Assembly (NCBI RefSeq): GCF_018350175.1
Contig: NC_058368.1
Location: forward strand, 55,740,001 to 55,804,000
Source of the DNA: Felis catus
Taxonomy: Eukaryota
DNA length: 64,000 nt
Direction of reading: 5' to 3'
Both the position numbers and the translations under genes were made by a program. The notes under the pieces are model-generated. The model did not search any database and was not told the DNA's origin. It saw only the letters and a program-made list of their open reading frames with translations. Shown here in pieces: positions 14,115-27,262 of the stretch. Positions within the stretch are counted from its first letter, which is position 1, and every line of letters starts with the position of its first letter.

Positions 14115-17100
14115 TCAGGATCCACATAAGGGTGAAAACATATGGTGTCTGTCACTCTTTGCCTGACTTATTTCACTTAGCATAACACTCTCCAGTTCCA
14201 TCCAAATTGCTACAAAAGGCCAGATTTCATTCTTTCTCATTTCCAAGTAGTATTCCAATGTATATATAAACCACAATTACCTTATCCATTCATCATTTAA
14301 TGGACATTTAGGCTCTTTCCATAATTCGGCTATTGTTGAAAGTGCTGCTATAAACATTGGGGTACAAGTGCCCCCTATGCATTAGCACTCCTGTATCCCT
14401 TGGGTCAATTCCTAGCAGTGCTATTGCTGGGTCATAGGGTAGATCGATTTTTACTTTTTTGAGGAACCTCCACACTGTTTTCCAGAGAGGCTGCACCAGT
14501 TTGCATTCCCACCAACAGTGCAAGAGGGTTCCCATTTCTCCACATCCTCTCCAACATCTATAGTCTCCTAATTTGTTCATTTTAGCGACTCTGACCAGTG
14601 TGGGGTGATATCTCAGTGTGGTTTTGATTTGTATTTCCCTGATGAGGAGTGACGTTGTTCATCTCTTCATGTGTCTGTTGGCCATCTGGATGTCATCTTT
14701 AGAGAAGTATCTATTCATGTCTTCTGCACTTTTTTTCATTGGATTATTTATTCTTCGGGTGTGGAGTTTGGTGAGTTCTCTATAGATTTTGGATACTAGC
14801 CCTTTGTCTGATATGTCATTTGCAAATATCTTTTCCCATTCCATCAGTTGCCTTTTAGTTTTGTTGATTGTTTCCTTTGCAGTGCAGAAGCTTTTTATCT
14901 TCATGAGGTCCCAGTAGTTCATTTTTGCTTTTAATTTCCTTGCCTTTGGAGATGTTTCAAGTAAGAAATTGCTGCGGCTGAGGTCAGAGAGGTTTTTTTC
15001 CTGGTTTGTCCTCTAGGGTTTTGATGGTTTCCTGTCTCACATTCAGGTCCTTCATCCATTTTGAGTTTATTTTTGTGAATGGTGTAAGAAGGTGGTCTAG
15101 TTTCATTCTTCTACATGGTACTGTCCAGTTCTCCCAGCAACATTTGTTAAAGAGACTGTCTTTTTTCAATTGGAAAAAATTCCTGCTTTGTCAAAGATTA
15201 GTCGACCATACATTTGTGGGTCCAATTCTGGAGTCTCTATTCAATTCCATTGGTCTATGTGTCTGTTTTTGTGCCGATACCATGCTGTCTTGATGATTAA
15301 AGCTTTGTAGTAGAGGCTAAAGTCTGGGATTGTGATGCTTCCTGCTTTGGTTTTCTTCTTCAAAATTACTTTGTCTGTTCGAGGTCTTTTGTGGTTCCAT
15401 ACAAATTTTAGGATTGCTTGTTCTAGCTTTGAGAAGAATGCTGGTGCAATTTTGATTGGGATTGCATTGAATGTGTAGATAGCTTTGGAAAGTACTGACA
15501 TTTTAGCAATATTTATTCTTCCAATCCATGAGCACATAATATTTTTCCATTTCTTTGTATCTTCTTCAATTTCCTTCATTAGCTTTCTATAGTTTTCAGC
15601 ATACAGATCTTTTACATCTTTAGTTAGGTTTCTTCCTAGGTATTTTATGCTTCTTGGTGCAGTTGTGAATGGGATCAGTTTCTTTATTTGTCTTTCTGTT
15701 GCTTCATTGTTAGTGTATAAGAATGCAACTGATTTCTGTACATTGATTTTGTATACTGCAGACTTTGCTGAATTCATGTATCAGTTCTCGCAGACTTTTG
15801 GTGGAGTCTATCAGGTTTTCCATGTATAGTATCATGTCATCTGCTAAAAGTGAAAGTTTGACTTCATCTTTGCCAATTTTGATGCCTTTGCCAATTTTGA
15901 TGCCTTTGATTCCCTTTTGTTGTCTGATTGCTGATGCTAGAACTTCCAACACTATGCTAAACAACAGCAGTGAGAGTGGACATCCCTGTCATGTTCCTGA
16001 TCTCAGCTGGAAAGTCTCAGCTTTCCCCATTGAGGATGATATTAGCTGTGGGCTTTTCATAAATGGCTTTTATGATGTTTAAGTATGTTCCTTCTATCCC
16101 AACTTTCTCGAGGGTTTTTATTAAGAAAGGATGCTGAATTTTGCCAATTGCTTTTTCTGCATTGATTGAGAGGATCATATGGTTCTTATATTTTCTTTTG
16201 TTAATGTGATGTATCACGTTGATTGATTTCTGAATATTGAATGAGCCCTGCAGCCAAGGAATGAATCCCACTTGATCATGGTGAATAATTTTTTTATATG
16301 CTGTTGAATTCGATTTGCTAGTATCTTGTTGATGATTTTTGCATCCATATTCATCAGGGATATTGGCCTGTAGTTCTCTTTTTTTGCTGGGTCTCTGGTT
16401 TTGAAATCAAAGGAGTGCTGGCTTCGTAGAATGCGTCTGGAAGTTTTCCTTTCCTTTCTATTTTTTGGAATAGCTTGAGAAGGATTGGTATTATCTCTGC
16501 TTTAAAAATCTGGTAGAATTCCCCCCAGGGGAGCCATCTGATCCAGGACTGTTATTTGTTGGGAGATTTTTAATAACTGATTCAATTTCTTCACTGGTCA
16601 TGGGTCTGTTCAGATTTTCTATTTCTTTGTGTTTGAGTTTGGAAGTGTGTGAGTGCTTAGGAATTTGTCCAGGTTGTCCAGTTTTTTGGCATATAATTTT
16701 TCATAGTATTCCCTGATAATTGCTTATATTTCTGAGAGATGGTTGTAATAATTCCATTTTCATTCATGATTTTATCTCTTTGGGTCTTCTCCCTTTTCTT
16801 TTTGAGAAGCCTGGCTAGAGGTTATCAATTTTGTTTATTTTTTCAAAAAACCAACTCTTGGTTTCATAGATCTGTTCTACAGTTTTGGTTTTTTTTTAGA
16901 TTCTGTATTATTTATTTCTTCTCTGATCTTTATTATTTTTCTTCTGCTGCTGGGTTTGGGGTATCTTTGCTGTTCTGCTTCTGGTTTCTTTAGGTGTGCT
17001 CTTAGATTTTTGTATTTGGGATTTTTCTTGTTTCTTGAGATAGGCCTGGATTGCAATGTATTTTCCTCTCAGGACTGCCTTTGCTGTATCCCAAAGCATT

Positions 17101-18208
17101 TGGATTGTTGTGTTTTCATTTTCATTTGTTTCCAATTATTTTTTAATTTCTTGTCTAATTGTCTGGTTGACCCATTCATCCTTTAGTAGGGTGTTCTTTA
17201 GCCTCCACGCTTTTGGAGGTTTTCCAGACTTTTTTTCTGTGGTTGATTTCAAGTTTCATAGCATTGTGATCTGAAAGTGTGCATGGTATGACTTCATTTC
17301 TTGTGTACTTATGAAGGGCTGTTTTTTGACCCAGTATATGATCTGTCTTGGAGAATGTTCCATGTGCACTGGAGAAGAAAGTATATTCTGTTGCTTTGGG
17401 ATGCAGAGTTCTAAACATATCTTTCATGTCCATCTGATCCAATATATCATTCAGGGCCCTTTTTTCTTTATTTATTCTCTGTCTAGGTGTTCTATCCATT
17501 GTTGTAAGTGGAGTATTGAAGTCTCCTGCAATTATCACATTCTTATCAATAAGGTTGCTTATGTTTGTGATTAATTGTTTTACATATTTGGGGGCTCCTG
17601 TATTCAGTGCATAGACATTTATAATTGTTAACTGGATAGACCCTGTAATTATTATATAATGCCCTTCTTCATCTCTTGTTACAGCCTTTAATTGAAAGTC
17701 TAGTTTGTCTGATATAAGTATGGCTACTCCAGCTTTCTTTTGACTTCTAGCAGCATGATGGATAGTTTCCATCCCCTCACTTTCAATCTGAAGGTGTCCT
17801 CAGGTCTAAAATGAGTCTCTTGTAGGGGCGCCTGGGTGGCCGACTTCGGCTCAGGTCATGATCTCATGGTCCGTGAGTTCAAGCCCCACATCGGGCTCTG
17901 TGCTGACCTCTCAGAGCCTGGAGCCTGTTTCAGATTCTGTTTCTCCCTCTCTCTCTGCCCCTCCCCTGTTCATGCTCTGTCTCTCTCTGTCTCAAAAATA
18001 AATAAACGTTAAAAAAAATAAGAAAAATACTTTATAAAAAATAATAAAATAAAATGAGTCTCTTGTAGACAGCAAATAGATGGGTCTTGTTTTTTTTTAT
18101 CCATTCTGATACCCTATGTCTTTTGGGTGGAACATTTAGTCCATTTACATTCAGTGTTATTATTGAAATATACGGGCTTAGAGTCAGTGTGATATCTGTA
18201 GTTTTCAT
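14115..18208 (-). pseudogene. L1 ORF2 (endonuclease/reverse transcriptase), disrupted by frameshifts, stops and a SINE
   Basis: TLNVNGLN, IAGDFNTPL, SDHNAMKLE (EN); LADDMILY (RT, FADD position); [18 protein letters not shown] (Cys-rich C-terminus). Confidence 0.95.
17825..18050 (+). mobile_element. CAN-SINE inserted in the L1 ORF2 EN region, 17-bp TSD
   Basis: TSD aaaatgagtctcttgta at 17808-17824 and 18051-18067. Confidence 0.97.
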
Positions 18209-18255
18209 GCTTCTAGTGGTGTCTCTGGTACTTTGTGGTCCTTGCAACATTTAAC

Positions 18256-19139
18256 TCACAGAGTCCCCCTTAGCATATCTTGTAGGCTGGTTTAGTGGTG
18301 ATGAATTCCTTCAGTTTTTGTTTGTTTGGGAAAACCTTTATCTCTCCTTCTATTCTGAATGACAGACTTGCTGGGTAAAGGATTCTTGGCTGCATATTTT
18401 TCCTGTTTATCACATTGAAGATTTCCTATCATTCCTTTCTGGTATGCCAACTTTCAGTAGATAGGCCTGCTACTACCCTTATGTGTCTACCTTTGTATAT
18501 TAGGGCCCATTTATCCCTAGCTGCTTTCAGAATTGTCTTTATCCTCGTATTTTGCCAGTTTCACTATAATATGTCATGCAGAAGATCGATTCAAGTTACG
18601 TCTGAAGGGAGTTCTCTGTACTTCTTGGATTTCAATGCCTGTTTCCTTCCCCAGGTCTGGGAAGTTCTCAGCTATGATTTGTTTAAATATACCTTCAGCC
18701 CCTTTCTCTCACTCTTCTTCTGGAATTCCTATGATACGGATATTGTTCTATTTGATTGCATCACTTAGTTCTCTAATTCACCCCTTGTACTCCTGGAATT
18801 TTTTATCTTTTTCTCAGCTTCCTCTTTTTTCCATAATTTTATCTTCTAATTCATCAATTGTCTCCTCTGCCCCTTTAATCTGTGCAGTGGCCACCTCCAT
18901 TTTATTTTGCACCTCATTTATAGCATTTTTAAATTCATCATGAGTATTTTTCAGTCCCTTGATCTCTATAGCAATAGGTTCTCTGCTGTCCTCTATGCTT
19001 TTTTCAAGCCCAGCGATTAACTTTATGACTATTACTCTTAATTCTTGTTCTGTTATATTGGTTAAATCGGTTTTGATGAATTCATTAGCTGCTGTTAGTT
19101 CTGGAATTTCTCTTGAGTAGAATTCTTCCGTTTCATCAT
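18256..19139 (-). pseudogene. L1 ORF1 (coiled-coil RNA chaperone), frameshifted
   Basis: Starts ATGATGAAACGGAAG; heptad-rich FKNAINEVQNKME...AEETIDELEDKIME; ends LQDMLRGTL-stop. Confidence 0.85.
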
Positions 19140-21249
19140 TTTGGCTAGTTTTCTGTCCCTTATGTGTTTTAAAAGCTTGTGTACTCTTCACCTGCGAGCA
19201 CTCCTATATTAAAGGAGGGTCATATAGTGTCCAGGGCCTGGCCCTTCAAGAGGTGTTTTTTCAGGTATTGTTACTTGCTTCCTGTTGTTGTGGCTTTGGT
19301 TATTTTATTACCCTACTTGTAGTAATATTTTGGACCCTCACTAGATGTGCTTCAATTTGTTCCTTGGAGTAGCCCTGTAAAGGAAAACAGACAAACAGGA
19401 GACAAAAACACACAAACACACAAACAAATAACACCAACAAACAAATAAAGAAAAACAAAAAACTAAAGACTAAAAACAAAAAACCCCAAAACACTGACTA
19501 CAAGTAAAGAAGAGGGTGGAGGTGGTGCTGATGGAAAAGCACATACAAAGAGAGAAATGCGGGGGTGGGGGGGGCTGGGGTGAGAAAAAATAAACATTGA
19601 TTAGGCAGAGAGACTAAAAGGCTTAATCCAGAGAGAGAGAAAGGACAATAAAGAAGGAGGCGGGGAAAACGAAAGGAAGATAAAATACCCAGACAGAGAG
19701 AAACTATATGGCTTTATTATTCCAGAGAGAGAGAGAGAGGAGTGTAAAAAAAGGAGGTGTAGAACATATATCAAGACAATAGATTAAATATATCTGTTTA
19801 GAGAGACCAATAACTAGAGTAACCAGCCCACGGGAGGGAAGAGATAAGAAGGAGAAATGGGGGCAGGGAGGGAGAATATATCTATATATCCAGAATTGAC
19901 CTAGAGTTAATCCAGGCAATGCTGCATCGCTTGTTGGGAGTACCTGTCCACAGGGTCTGTGCCACTGTGGTGGATACGCAGTTAACCCAGCACAAAGGGG
20001 CGTGGTTTGATGTAATCTGAACCCACCTCCACTGGAGTGGATCCCTGAGGATCCAGGAGTGATCCCCGAGGCCCTGCCTTGGTGGTGATGGTCAGGGAAG
20101 GTGGGGGGGGGATGGTGATCCCCCAGTCTCTTCTCCACCAAGCCGGACCTGGTGGACTCTGTTTGAGTCGTCCTCACTGTGCCGCAGGCACAGATGAGGC
20201 AGTCCTTCTCGCTCTGCCAACTCCCCTGACCCAGCACTTGGCTAGGATCCAAAGTCCCGCTCTGTGCGCTCTGGCACTGGGGAAGTGCCTCTCAGTGCTG
20301 TGATATGTGGTACCAGCTGGCTTTGTCTGTGCACCTTCACTTCAGGGAGGACCACCTTCTCCTGCTGCGGACTGAGCGGCTGCCCTCCCTGGGAGCCACC
20401 TGTGTGGCCATCGCAGGCAGGCTTTGTCTTTTCCCATGGCACTCCAGGAAAACGGTGGCCTTATCCTCCTGCAGACTTAGCCCTCGGCCTAGCCACTGTG
20501 GTGTGTGGTGAATGCAGGCAGGTTCTGTGCTATTGTGCAGCCCTCCAGGGAGGGAACCACTTTCTCCAGCTGCGGACTGAACCCCTGACCTGCAACCGCA
20601 CCAAGGCCTGGCTCCCCTCCTCCCAAGGTGCGAGAACAGGGAGCCGGCTCCAGTCTGAAGAAAGCCCCACAGTTAGAGATCTGATCCCTCTCAGTATCAG
20701 TCCGAGGTCTTTCTCCTGTCCAGATATAGCCCTGCACTTCCCTAGCCACTCTCTGCAGGCAAGCATTTTGGATCATCACCATTTTTTTTCAGATTATCTG
20801 GATGTCTTATATAAAAACAATCCCATTATCTTTCTCTGAAGTATTAATTTTACTTTACTTTTATTAAGTTTTGTATATATATATATCCACTTCAACCCAC
20901 TTTTTTAAAATCACTTTTAGCATTCCCTTTCCTTTCCTTTATTTACAATAATACATATCAGACAAGGACCGACAAACATACAATTTCTTAGCACACTTTG
21001 CACAAATGTGCTTCTACTCATAGACCCATTTTCCTGCTGTATAACCCTGTGCATTTGCCACAGGCATTTTATATTCTACAAATGCCTACCCCAAATCTGT
21101 TTCTTCTGTTCATCTTCACTTTTCTTTCTCTGACTTCATCATCTTTTACTCTCCCCAGTCAGAAATTTGTCTTTAACTCTTCCGTTTTTAAAACTTTTGA
21201 CATATAGTCAATAAGTTTGCTTGTTTTGCTTCTTTATTACATAGTAAAT

Positions 21250-21700
21250 TAATCCCTTTATCTTTGTCCTGACTGCCTGTGATGGTTAATTTTCTGTATC
21301 ATGGAACCTTAATATACCACTCCTCCTGATGATTGCTGTAACTTCCTAACTTGTCTTTTTTCCTCCAGTTTTTCCCCACTAGGTCGATTCATCTTCCTGC
21401 CAGACAAGTCTCTATCTTAAACACAATCTGGCCAAGTCATTCCTGGTTGGAAACTTTTCAATGATTTTTCATTCCTTTTATGATAGAATACATTCTTTTT
21501 TAGTATGTTAGAGTTGCCTCTGCTTTTATCTGTATTACCTCATACGTTATTTCTACTACTACATACATAACCATTATGTAACAGCATTTATATAATTTGC
21601 TTTATAAACACATTTTACTATCCATGCTTTTTGTTATTTCACCTCACCTGTCTCGGATGTTCTGGCCTCCTTTTGCCTCTCCTACTACTTTCCTATTCTC
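21250..21700 (+). mobile_element. L2 relic
   Basis: cttcctaacttgtc...aatctggccaagtcattcc...ttcaatgattt resembles the L2 3' region. Confidence 0.45.
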
Positions 21701-22386
21701 TCTAATCCTCATTTTACAAGGATTCTTTACTTGAGTTACCACTGTACATTGAAAAAAAAAAGGTCATGATAATTAAATATTAAATGGCAACTTGTTAAAT
21801 TAGACCTCTCTGAAACAACTTTTTTTTTCAAATATGGATTATGTTCCTTACTTATAGCATCAATCTGTTTGTGAATCCATTACTTACTGATTGTAGGATT
21901 TATAGTAAATATACAGTGTAAATCAGTTGCAAAGTAAAATTACCAATGCAGCCCCAAAATAGTTTTATCAATTATATGAAAATGGTCCTAGAGAAGTGCT
22001 AAAAATCACAGTAAGAGGAAAAGTTGGAGAAAATAACAGGTAGATGCATGAAAAAATGGGTTGAAAAGTTCTTTAGACAATTGAGCATCTCTTGATTATT
22101 TTTGGAAAAAAAACAGTTCTCTTTATGGTTTTCATATAAAGATCAAACATGAAATTCAAAATAATAACATTACTTTACATTGTAATGTTGAAATAAATAA
22201 AACAGATAATCACTAGATTCAGACTTTGATACAGAATCAAATATACAAATAAGTATATAAATATAACCTATATTTTGTTAAATGCAGGATAAACTCAATT
22301 TTTGCAACAATTGTAAATTATACTGTTCACCTGAATGTTAACATATATTTTTCATTATTTGTAACGAATTTCTGTTTCTCATTTTA

Positions 22387-22596
22387 TTTTTTTAAAGTTT
22401 ATTTATTTTGAGAAAGAGAGAACAAGTGTGAGCAGGGGAGGGGCAGAAAGAGAGGGAAGGAGAAAAGCCCAAGCAGGCTCTGTGCTGTTAGGGCAGGACT
22501 TGGCATGGGGCTCGAACCATGCTTGAACTGTGAGATCACGACCTGAGCTCAAATTAAGAGTTGAAAGCTTAACCAACTGAGTCACCCAGGTGCACC
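22387..22596 (-). mobile_element. CAN-SINE with 16-bp TSD
   Basis: tctgtt(t/c)ctcatttta at 22371-22386 and 22597-22612. Confidence 0.95.
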
Positions 22597-24078
22597 TCTG
22601 TTCCTCATTTTAAAGAATTTTTGGGGAGGGTATCAGTGAGGTTTGGTATATCTCCATGTTGACTTTCATGTACATTCCTCTGTAAATGTACTTGTGATAT
22701 TTCTGTAATGTATGTATTTGCTTCCCTTCTAAACATATGCATCATTATGTGTAAGCTTTTGATGATAAGTTAATATTACATTTTTAATAAAAAATGTGTC
22801 AAATATAGGACCTAGGATCTAATAAGTACCCAAATAAAATCCATTGAATATGATTCAAGAAAATCTGCATTCACAGAGTAATCAAGTTCAATATTTGAAA
22901 TTATTTTCTGGCACAGAAGAGTCACAAAAAATGTTATGTTCACTCACAATCCAGAGAAAATGACCACATAAGGAAAATATAGTAAATGGTAAATACCAGG
23001 GAGAGAGAAGGAAGGAATAGAAACAAATAATAGTTCCTAGCAAGAGAAAAAGACATACACGAGGAAGCTTCAGCTGTTGGTGAGTGTCATATTTTGATAA
23101 TGGAGGGATATAATGGATACTACTTATAGACATCACATGTTTTGCTGATTCACACTCAGAATGCACATTCATACAAATGTGTATGATTTCATACTTAATA
23201 TGTTCACCAAATAAGTATCCTTTTGGAAAAAAATGAAGTAAAATGACTGTATTAAATATTTTAAGAGAGGTGAAATTATTCCAAGATGATGATACAGGAA
23301 ATCAGGCAAAAATCAAACACATCTTATTAACCTGTGGAAAAATATGTGGACATATTTCAAACTTCACAATGAGGTGAAAAATTGACAAAGTTTTAATAAA
23401 AGTTATGAAGTCTGAAAATGTTATGTATTAAACATATGTTATAAAAGCCTGAGTTTGAAAATTAGGAGACTGGATTTTTTTAAGATCATGGCTGTAATAA
23501 ATTCCTCAACCATTTTATGGTAATGTTTCTATTTATTGTATTTTTTATCATTAACACTGGGGATGCCTTGCTAACACATGATTTAAGAATTTAATAGTGG
23601 CAGGTCAGTGAAACACATGTACAATGAAAATAATTATGGTGCAAATGTTTCAGACTGTAGGTAGTTACCAAGAGACATAAATAAAATTTCTTCTATATTT
23701 ACATTAAATGTACTTTGTTAGAACAAAAACATTAGGTTTTATTGCAAGCACCATATTCAGATTATGTTTAAAGAATCTACATAAACATTTGAAGACTTTA
23801 ACTATGTGTGTGAATGTATTTGTAGCATGCATATAGCATTTGTTGTAGAGACAGTTTTCAGAAAAAAGAAAACAACTCTACATTTAGAGGCCTTGTTTTT
23901 AATATCTACACCTATTTATAACAACCCTTGTCAGATAAAAAAGAGATTTTTCAGTAAATTATAAAGCATAAAGTTTATGACACATAAAACTTAAAAACTA
24001 TTAATTTGTGAAACTGTTTCTCTAGATAAGTATATTAGCCTAGGTTATTTTGAGAGTAATTTGACTATAGTATTTAGA

Positions 24079-24200
24079 GGAAGGAAGGAAGGAAGGAAGG
24101 AAGGAAGGAAGGAAGGAAGGAAGGGAAGGAGGGAGGAAGAGAGAGAGGGAGTGTGGGAGAGAAAGAGAGAGAGAGAGAGGGAGAGAGAGACAGGGAGAGA
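24079..24200. repeat. (GGAA)n microsatellite followed by a GA-rich tract
   Basis: About 11 consecutive GGAA units. Confidence 0.95.
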
Positions 24201-24483
24201 CAGTGCTCAGGCTGGAAATAGGAAGTGGGAAGGAGGACCTAAGGAGTGAAATATGAAGGAAGAGAGAAGAAAGAGGAAAGAACAAATCAAAACAGTTCTT
24301 AGGGCAGACAGAGCCCCCAATTACGAGAGTACATACACATATCTATAAATACTGATGAGCAGATTAGGATTCCTTCCTTGGGCATAAGAATTTGAGAGCT
24401 GAAATAAACATTTCAGAATTTCACTTACCATTACTCATGTGAGAAACACATTTAGACTGTAGAAACATAAAGTGAACTTCTCT

Positions 24484-24691
24484 GGGCCTTCTGGGTGGCT
24501 CAGTCGGTTGAGCATTCGACTCTTGACTTTAACTCAGGTCGTGATCTTGCAGTCATGATCTTGTGGTGAGAATGCGCCCCAGGTTAGACTCTGCATTGTG
24601 ACAGTGTGGAGCCTGCTTGGAATTCTCTCTCTCCCTCTCTCTGCACCTCTACCACTCATGCATTCTCTTTTTCTCTCTCTCTCAAAAAAAA
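24484..24691 (+). mobile_element. CAN-SINE
   Basis: ctgggtggctcagtcggttgagc head; TSD-like gtga(a/g)cttctct on both sides. Confidence 0.92.
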
Positions 24692-24974
24692 TGGTGAGCT
24701 TCTCTCTGTAGAGTGACTACTTGAAAAGCTTTTGTGTGAGGTTCAGCAGTGAGGGATTTTCATAACAAACGCAAAAAGTTCAGAGCTGTTCTATTTTCCA
24801 CCCCTATTCCTTCTGCCAGTACTAAGTGAGGTAAGGGAAAGTAAAATCGCAAGAAACAGTGGTATCATCTTCTTCTCCATTGTCACTACTTTCCCTATCC
24901 TCATTTCTTTCTCTCCTCTCTCCTTCCCCACTTCCAGTCTTCTCCTTACCCGTCCCCATCCTCTTCCTCATATC

Positions 24975-25700
24975 TCCTTTCTAACTTTTATTTTGCACTG
25001 GCCTTTTTTTTGCAATATGGTAAGGCTTATGGGCTACTTTTCAGAATAGTGTTTAAAAACTACAAAGACACATGGATTGTAAGGGGGAAACAATTCTGTT
25101 AACATGTAGCTATTAAAATTTTTGTAATATGGGGCGCCTGGGTGGCGCAGTCGGTTAATCGTCCGACTTCAGCCAGGTCACGATCTCACGGTCCGGGAGT
25201 TCGAGCCCCGCGTCGGTCTCTGGGCTGATGGCTCGGAGCCTGGAGCCTGTTTCCGATTCTGTGTCTCCCTCTCTCTATGCCCCTCCCCTGTTCACGCTCT
25301 GTCTCTTTCTGTCCCCCAAAAAATAAATAAACGTTGAAAAAAAAAATTTAAAAAAAATAAAATTTTTGTAATATGGAAATTTATATGCTTCTATATTAAT
25401 ACATTTAATAATATGATGCAGTGTCATGTTAATAAATACTGTAATTTCAAAATAGTGACAAGCATAAATGATTTTTAAGAGATATATGCAACAAATGTAA
25501 TATGGTATATAAATATCTGTGACATCTATTTCTAAAAAAATGTCATGGTATTGCTCTTACTAATGTGGTTTATGACAGATATGTAATTGGAAGAAATGTT
25601 AAATTTCAATGAGAGAGTAATAAAGAGTAATAAAAGTATAGTATAATTTTTCTCATTCAAATTCATGAAATCTTCACATTCTATTCAAGAATCCCTTGGA
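24975..25700 (+). mobile_element. MER119-like hAT-Charlie DNA transposon fossil, interrupted by a SINE
   Basis: cttatgggctacttttcagaatagtg...gtaatttcaaaatagtgacaagcataaatga...gaaatgttaaatttca matches the recalled MER119 consensus. Confidence 0.7.
25131..25357 (+). mobile_element. Young felid SINE (SINEC_Fc type), CpG-rich, 17-bp TSD
   Basis: ggggcgcctgggtggcgcagtcgg...cagccaggtcacgatc...ctgatggctc; TSD taaaatttttgtaatat at 25114-25130 and 25358-25374. Confidence 0.97.
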
Positions 25701-26698
25701 TATGGTTGTATCATGCTGGTAGCCCAAAGAACAATAAATTATCTCTATAGAGAAATGACGAGCCTTTACTCGGTTCTCTCCTTGGTTCGGAAATAGCTTT
25801 TGGGTAAAACCCACTAGTCTTGATTAAAGTCATGTAACTTAGGCATTTAAAACTCAATTACCATACGGAAATTTGCACATTTTATTTTTTTGTTTTTATT
25901 GTTTAATATTTGGTTTTTAGAGTCCAGATCTCTCCATGGAGTAAAACCATCCCATGACACTGAAACTCTTTTCTCTGTGCTTTAATAAACTCATAGTCCT
26001 TGATGTTCATATAATTACCAGGAAAATGTGGGATCTTAATGCTTTTCCTCCTTAAATTTGTAGTTATTGAAAAAAATGATGCTCAATTACATAGAAAAAA
26101 TCATGAGAAGCTAGATATCTTGATTTTTAAATTGTCTTAGTCATTGTACATAAATCAGAATATGGATATAAATTCCACATACCTGGTAAACTTTTCCCTT
26201 GATATGATATTTCATTTTCTATGCTCAAAATAAAATTAAGCAATTCAGTTTCATAATATATAGCACAATTAAGAATGCATAGTAAATGATAACTTCAGAT
26301 GAATGGGAAGGGATAAAAATTATTAGTTATAATTTATTATCAGCATAAATAAATTCAAACACAGGAATTGGTCCTTCTTTGCACAGTTAAAATCTCAAAC
26401 TCTTATATAGTTTCTCTCCATGTTGTACTTGATCATTCTGGGTCATTATGTCTCCATCACTGGGAGAATTCACTGCACTAGTGAACCTTGCTCTAGATAT
26501 ATAGTTAGAAGAAGATCTAGATTTAATATTTTTTTAAGGCCATGTTCTGCCCCCTGGGTCTTGTCCCATCATCCTCTTCCATGCCCCTGTCCTACCCTCT
26601 GGGTTTGAACATGCCTCTGCTCTACCCCCTGAACTGTGACCATGTCTCTGCCCCACCCTTCTGGTTTTGGTCTGGCTTCTCCAACTAGCCTGGCCTAT

Positions 26699-26733
<35 letters not shown>

Positions 26734-26739
26734 TTATTT

Positions 26740-27207
26740 AGCTTAAAACAAAATGTATTATTTCACAGTTTTTTGTGGGTTAGGAATTACTTGGCTTACT
26801 TGGGTCCTCTGCTTCACAGTCTCCTATAGGCTGCAGTCAAAGTATTTTCTGAGTCTGTGGTATCATCCAAGGGCTTGACTGCAGGAGCATTTGCTTTTAA
26901 GCTCACTCATATAGCTGTTGGACTGTTAGTCTTTGTCTCTCACTGACTGGTGAACTAGAGGTCATCCTCACTCCCTCACTCCCATGTAGTCCTCTTTATC
27001 ATGGAATTATGTAAGAAGAGCTAGACAAGGAATGTTAGGAGGATGGAAGTCTGAGTCTTCTATAATTCACCTCAGAAATGACATCTCGTTGCTTGAGTCA
27101 TATTTTAATTCATTAGAACCAAGTCAGTAGGTCCAGTCCATACACAAATAGACAGTATTACATAAGGTTTGACTATTAGGAGGTCAGATATACTGTATCT
27201 GATATAC

Positions 27208-27262
<55 letters not shown>

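Larger units (their letters stand above)
13792..20753 (-). mobile_element. Near-full-length, inactivated felid-type LINE-1 (5' UTR, ORF1, ORF2, 3' UTR, double poly(A))
   Basis: EN, RT and C-terminal ORF2 peptides in the ORF track; 3' end tatgaaatttattgtcaaattgg; TSD tgcaggcaag(t/c)attttg at 13775-13791 and 20754-20770. Confidence 0.97.

Noticed and set aside
19704..20252. 182-aa minus-strand ORF in the L1 5' UTR
   Set aside because: No homology I can recognise; GC-rich UTR read-through
20264..20839. 191-aa plus-strand ORF antisense to the L1 5' UTR (ORF0-like?)
   Set aside because: Starts at GTG, runs past the L1 boundary, lies in GC-rich DNA where long ORFs arise by chance, and has no recognisable domain
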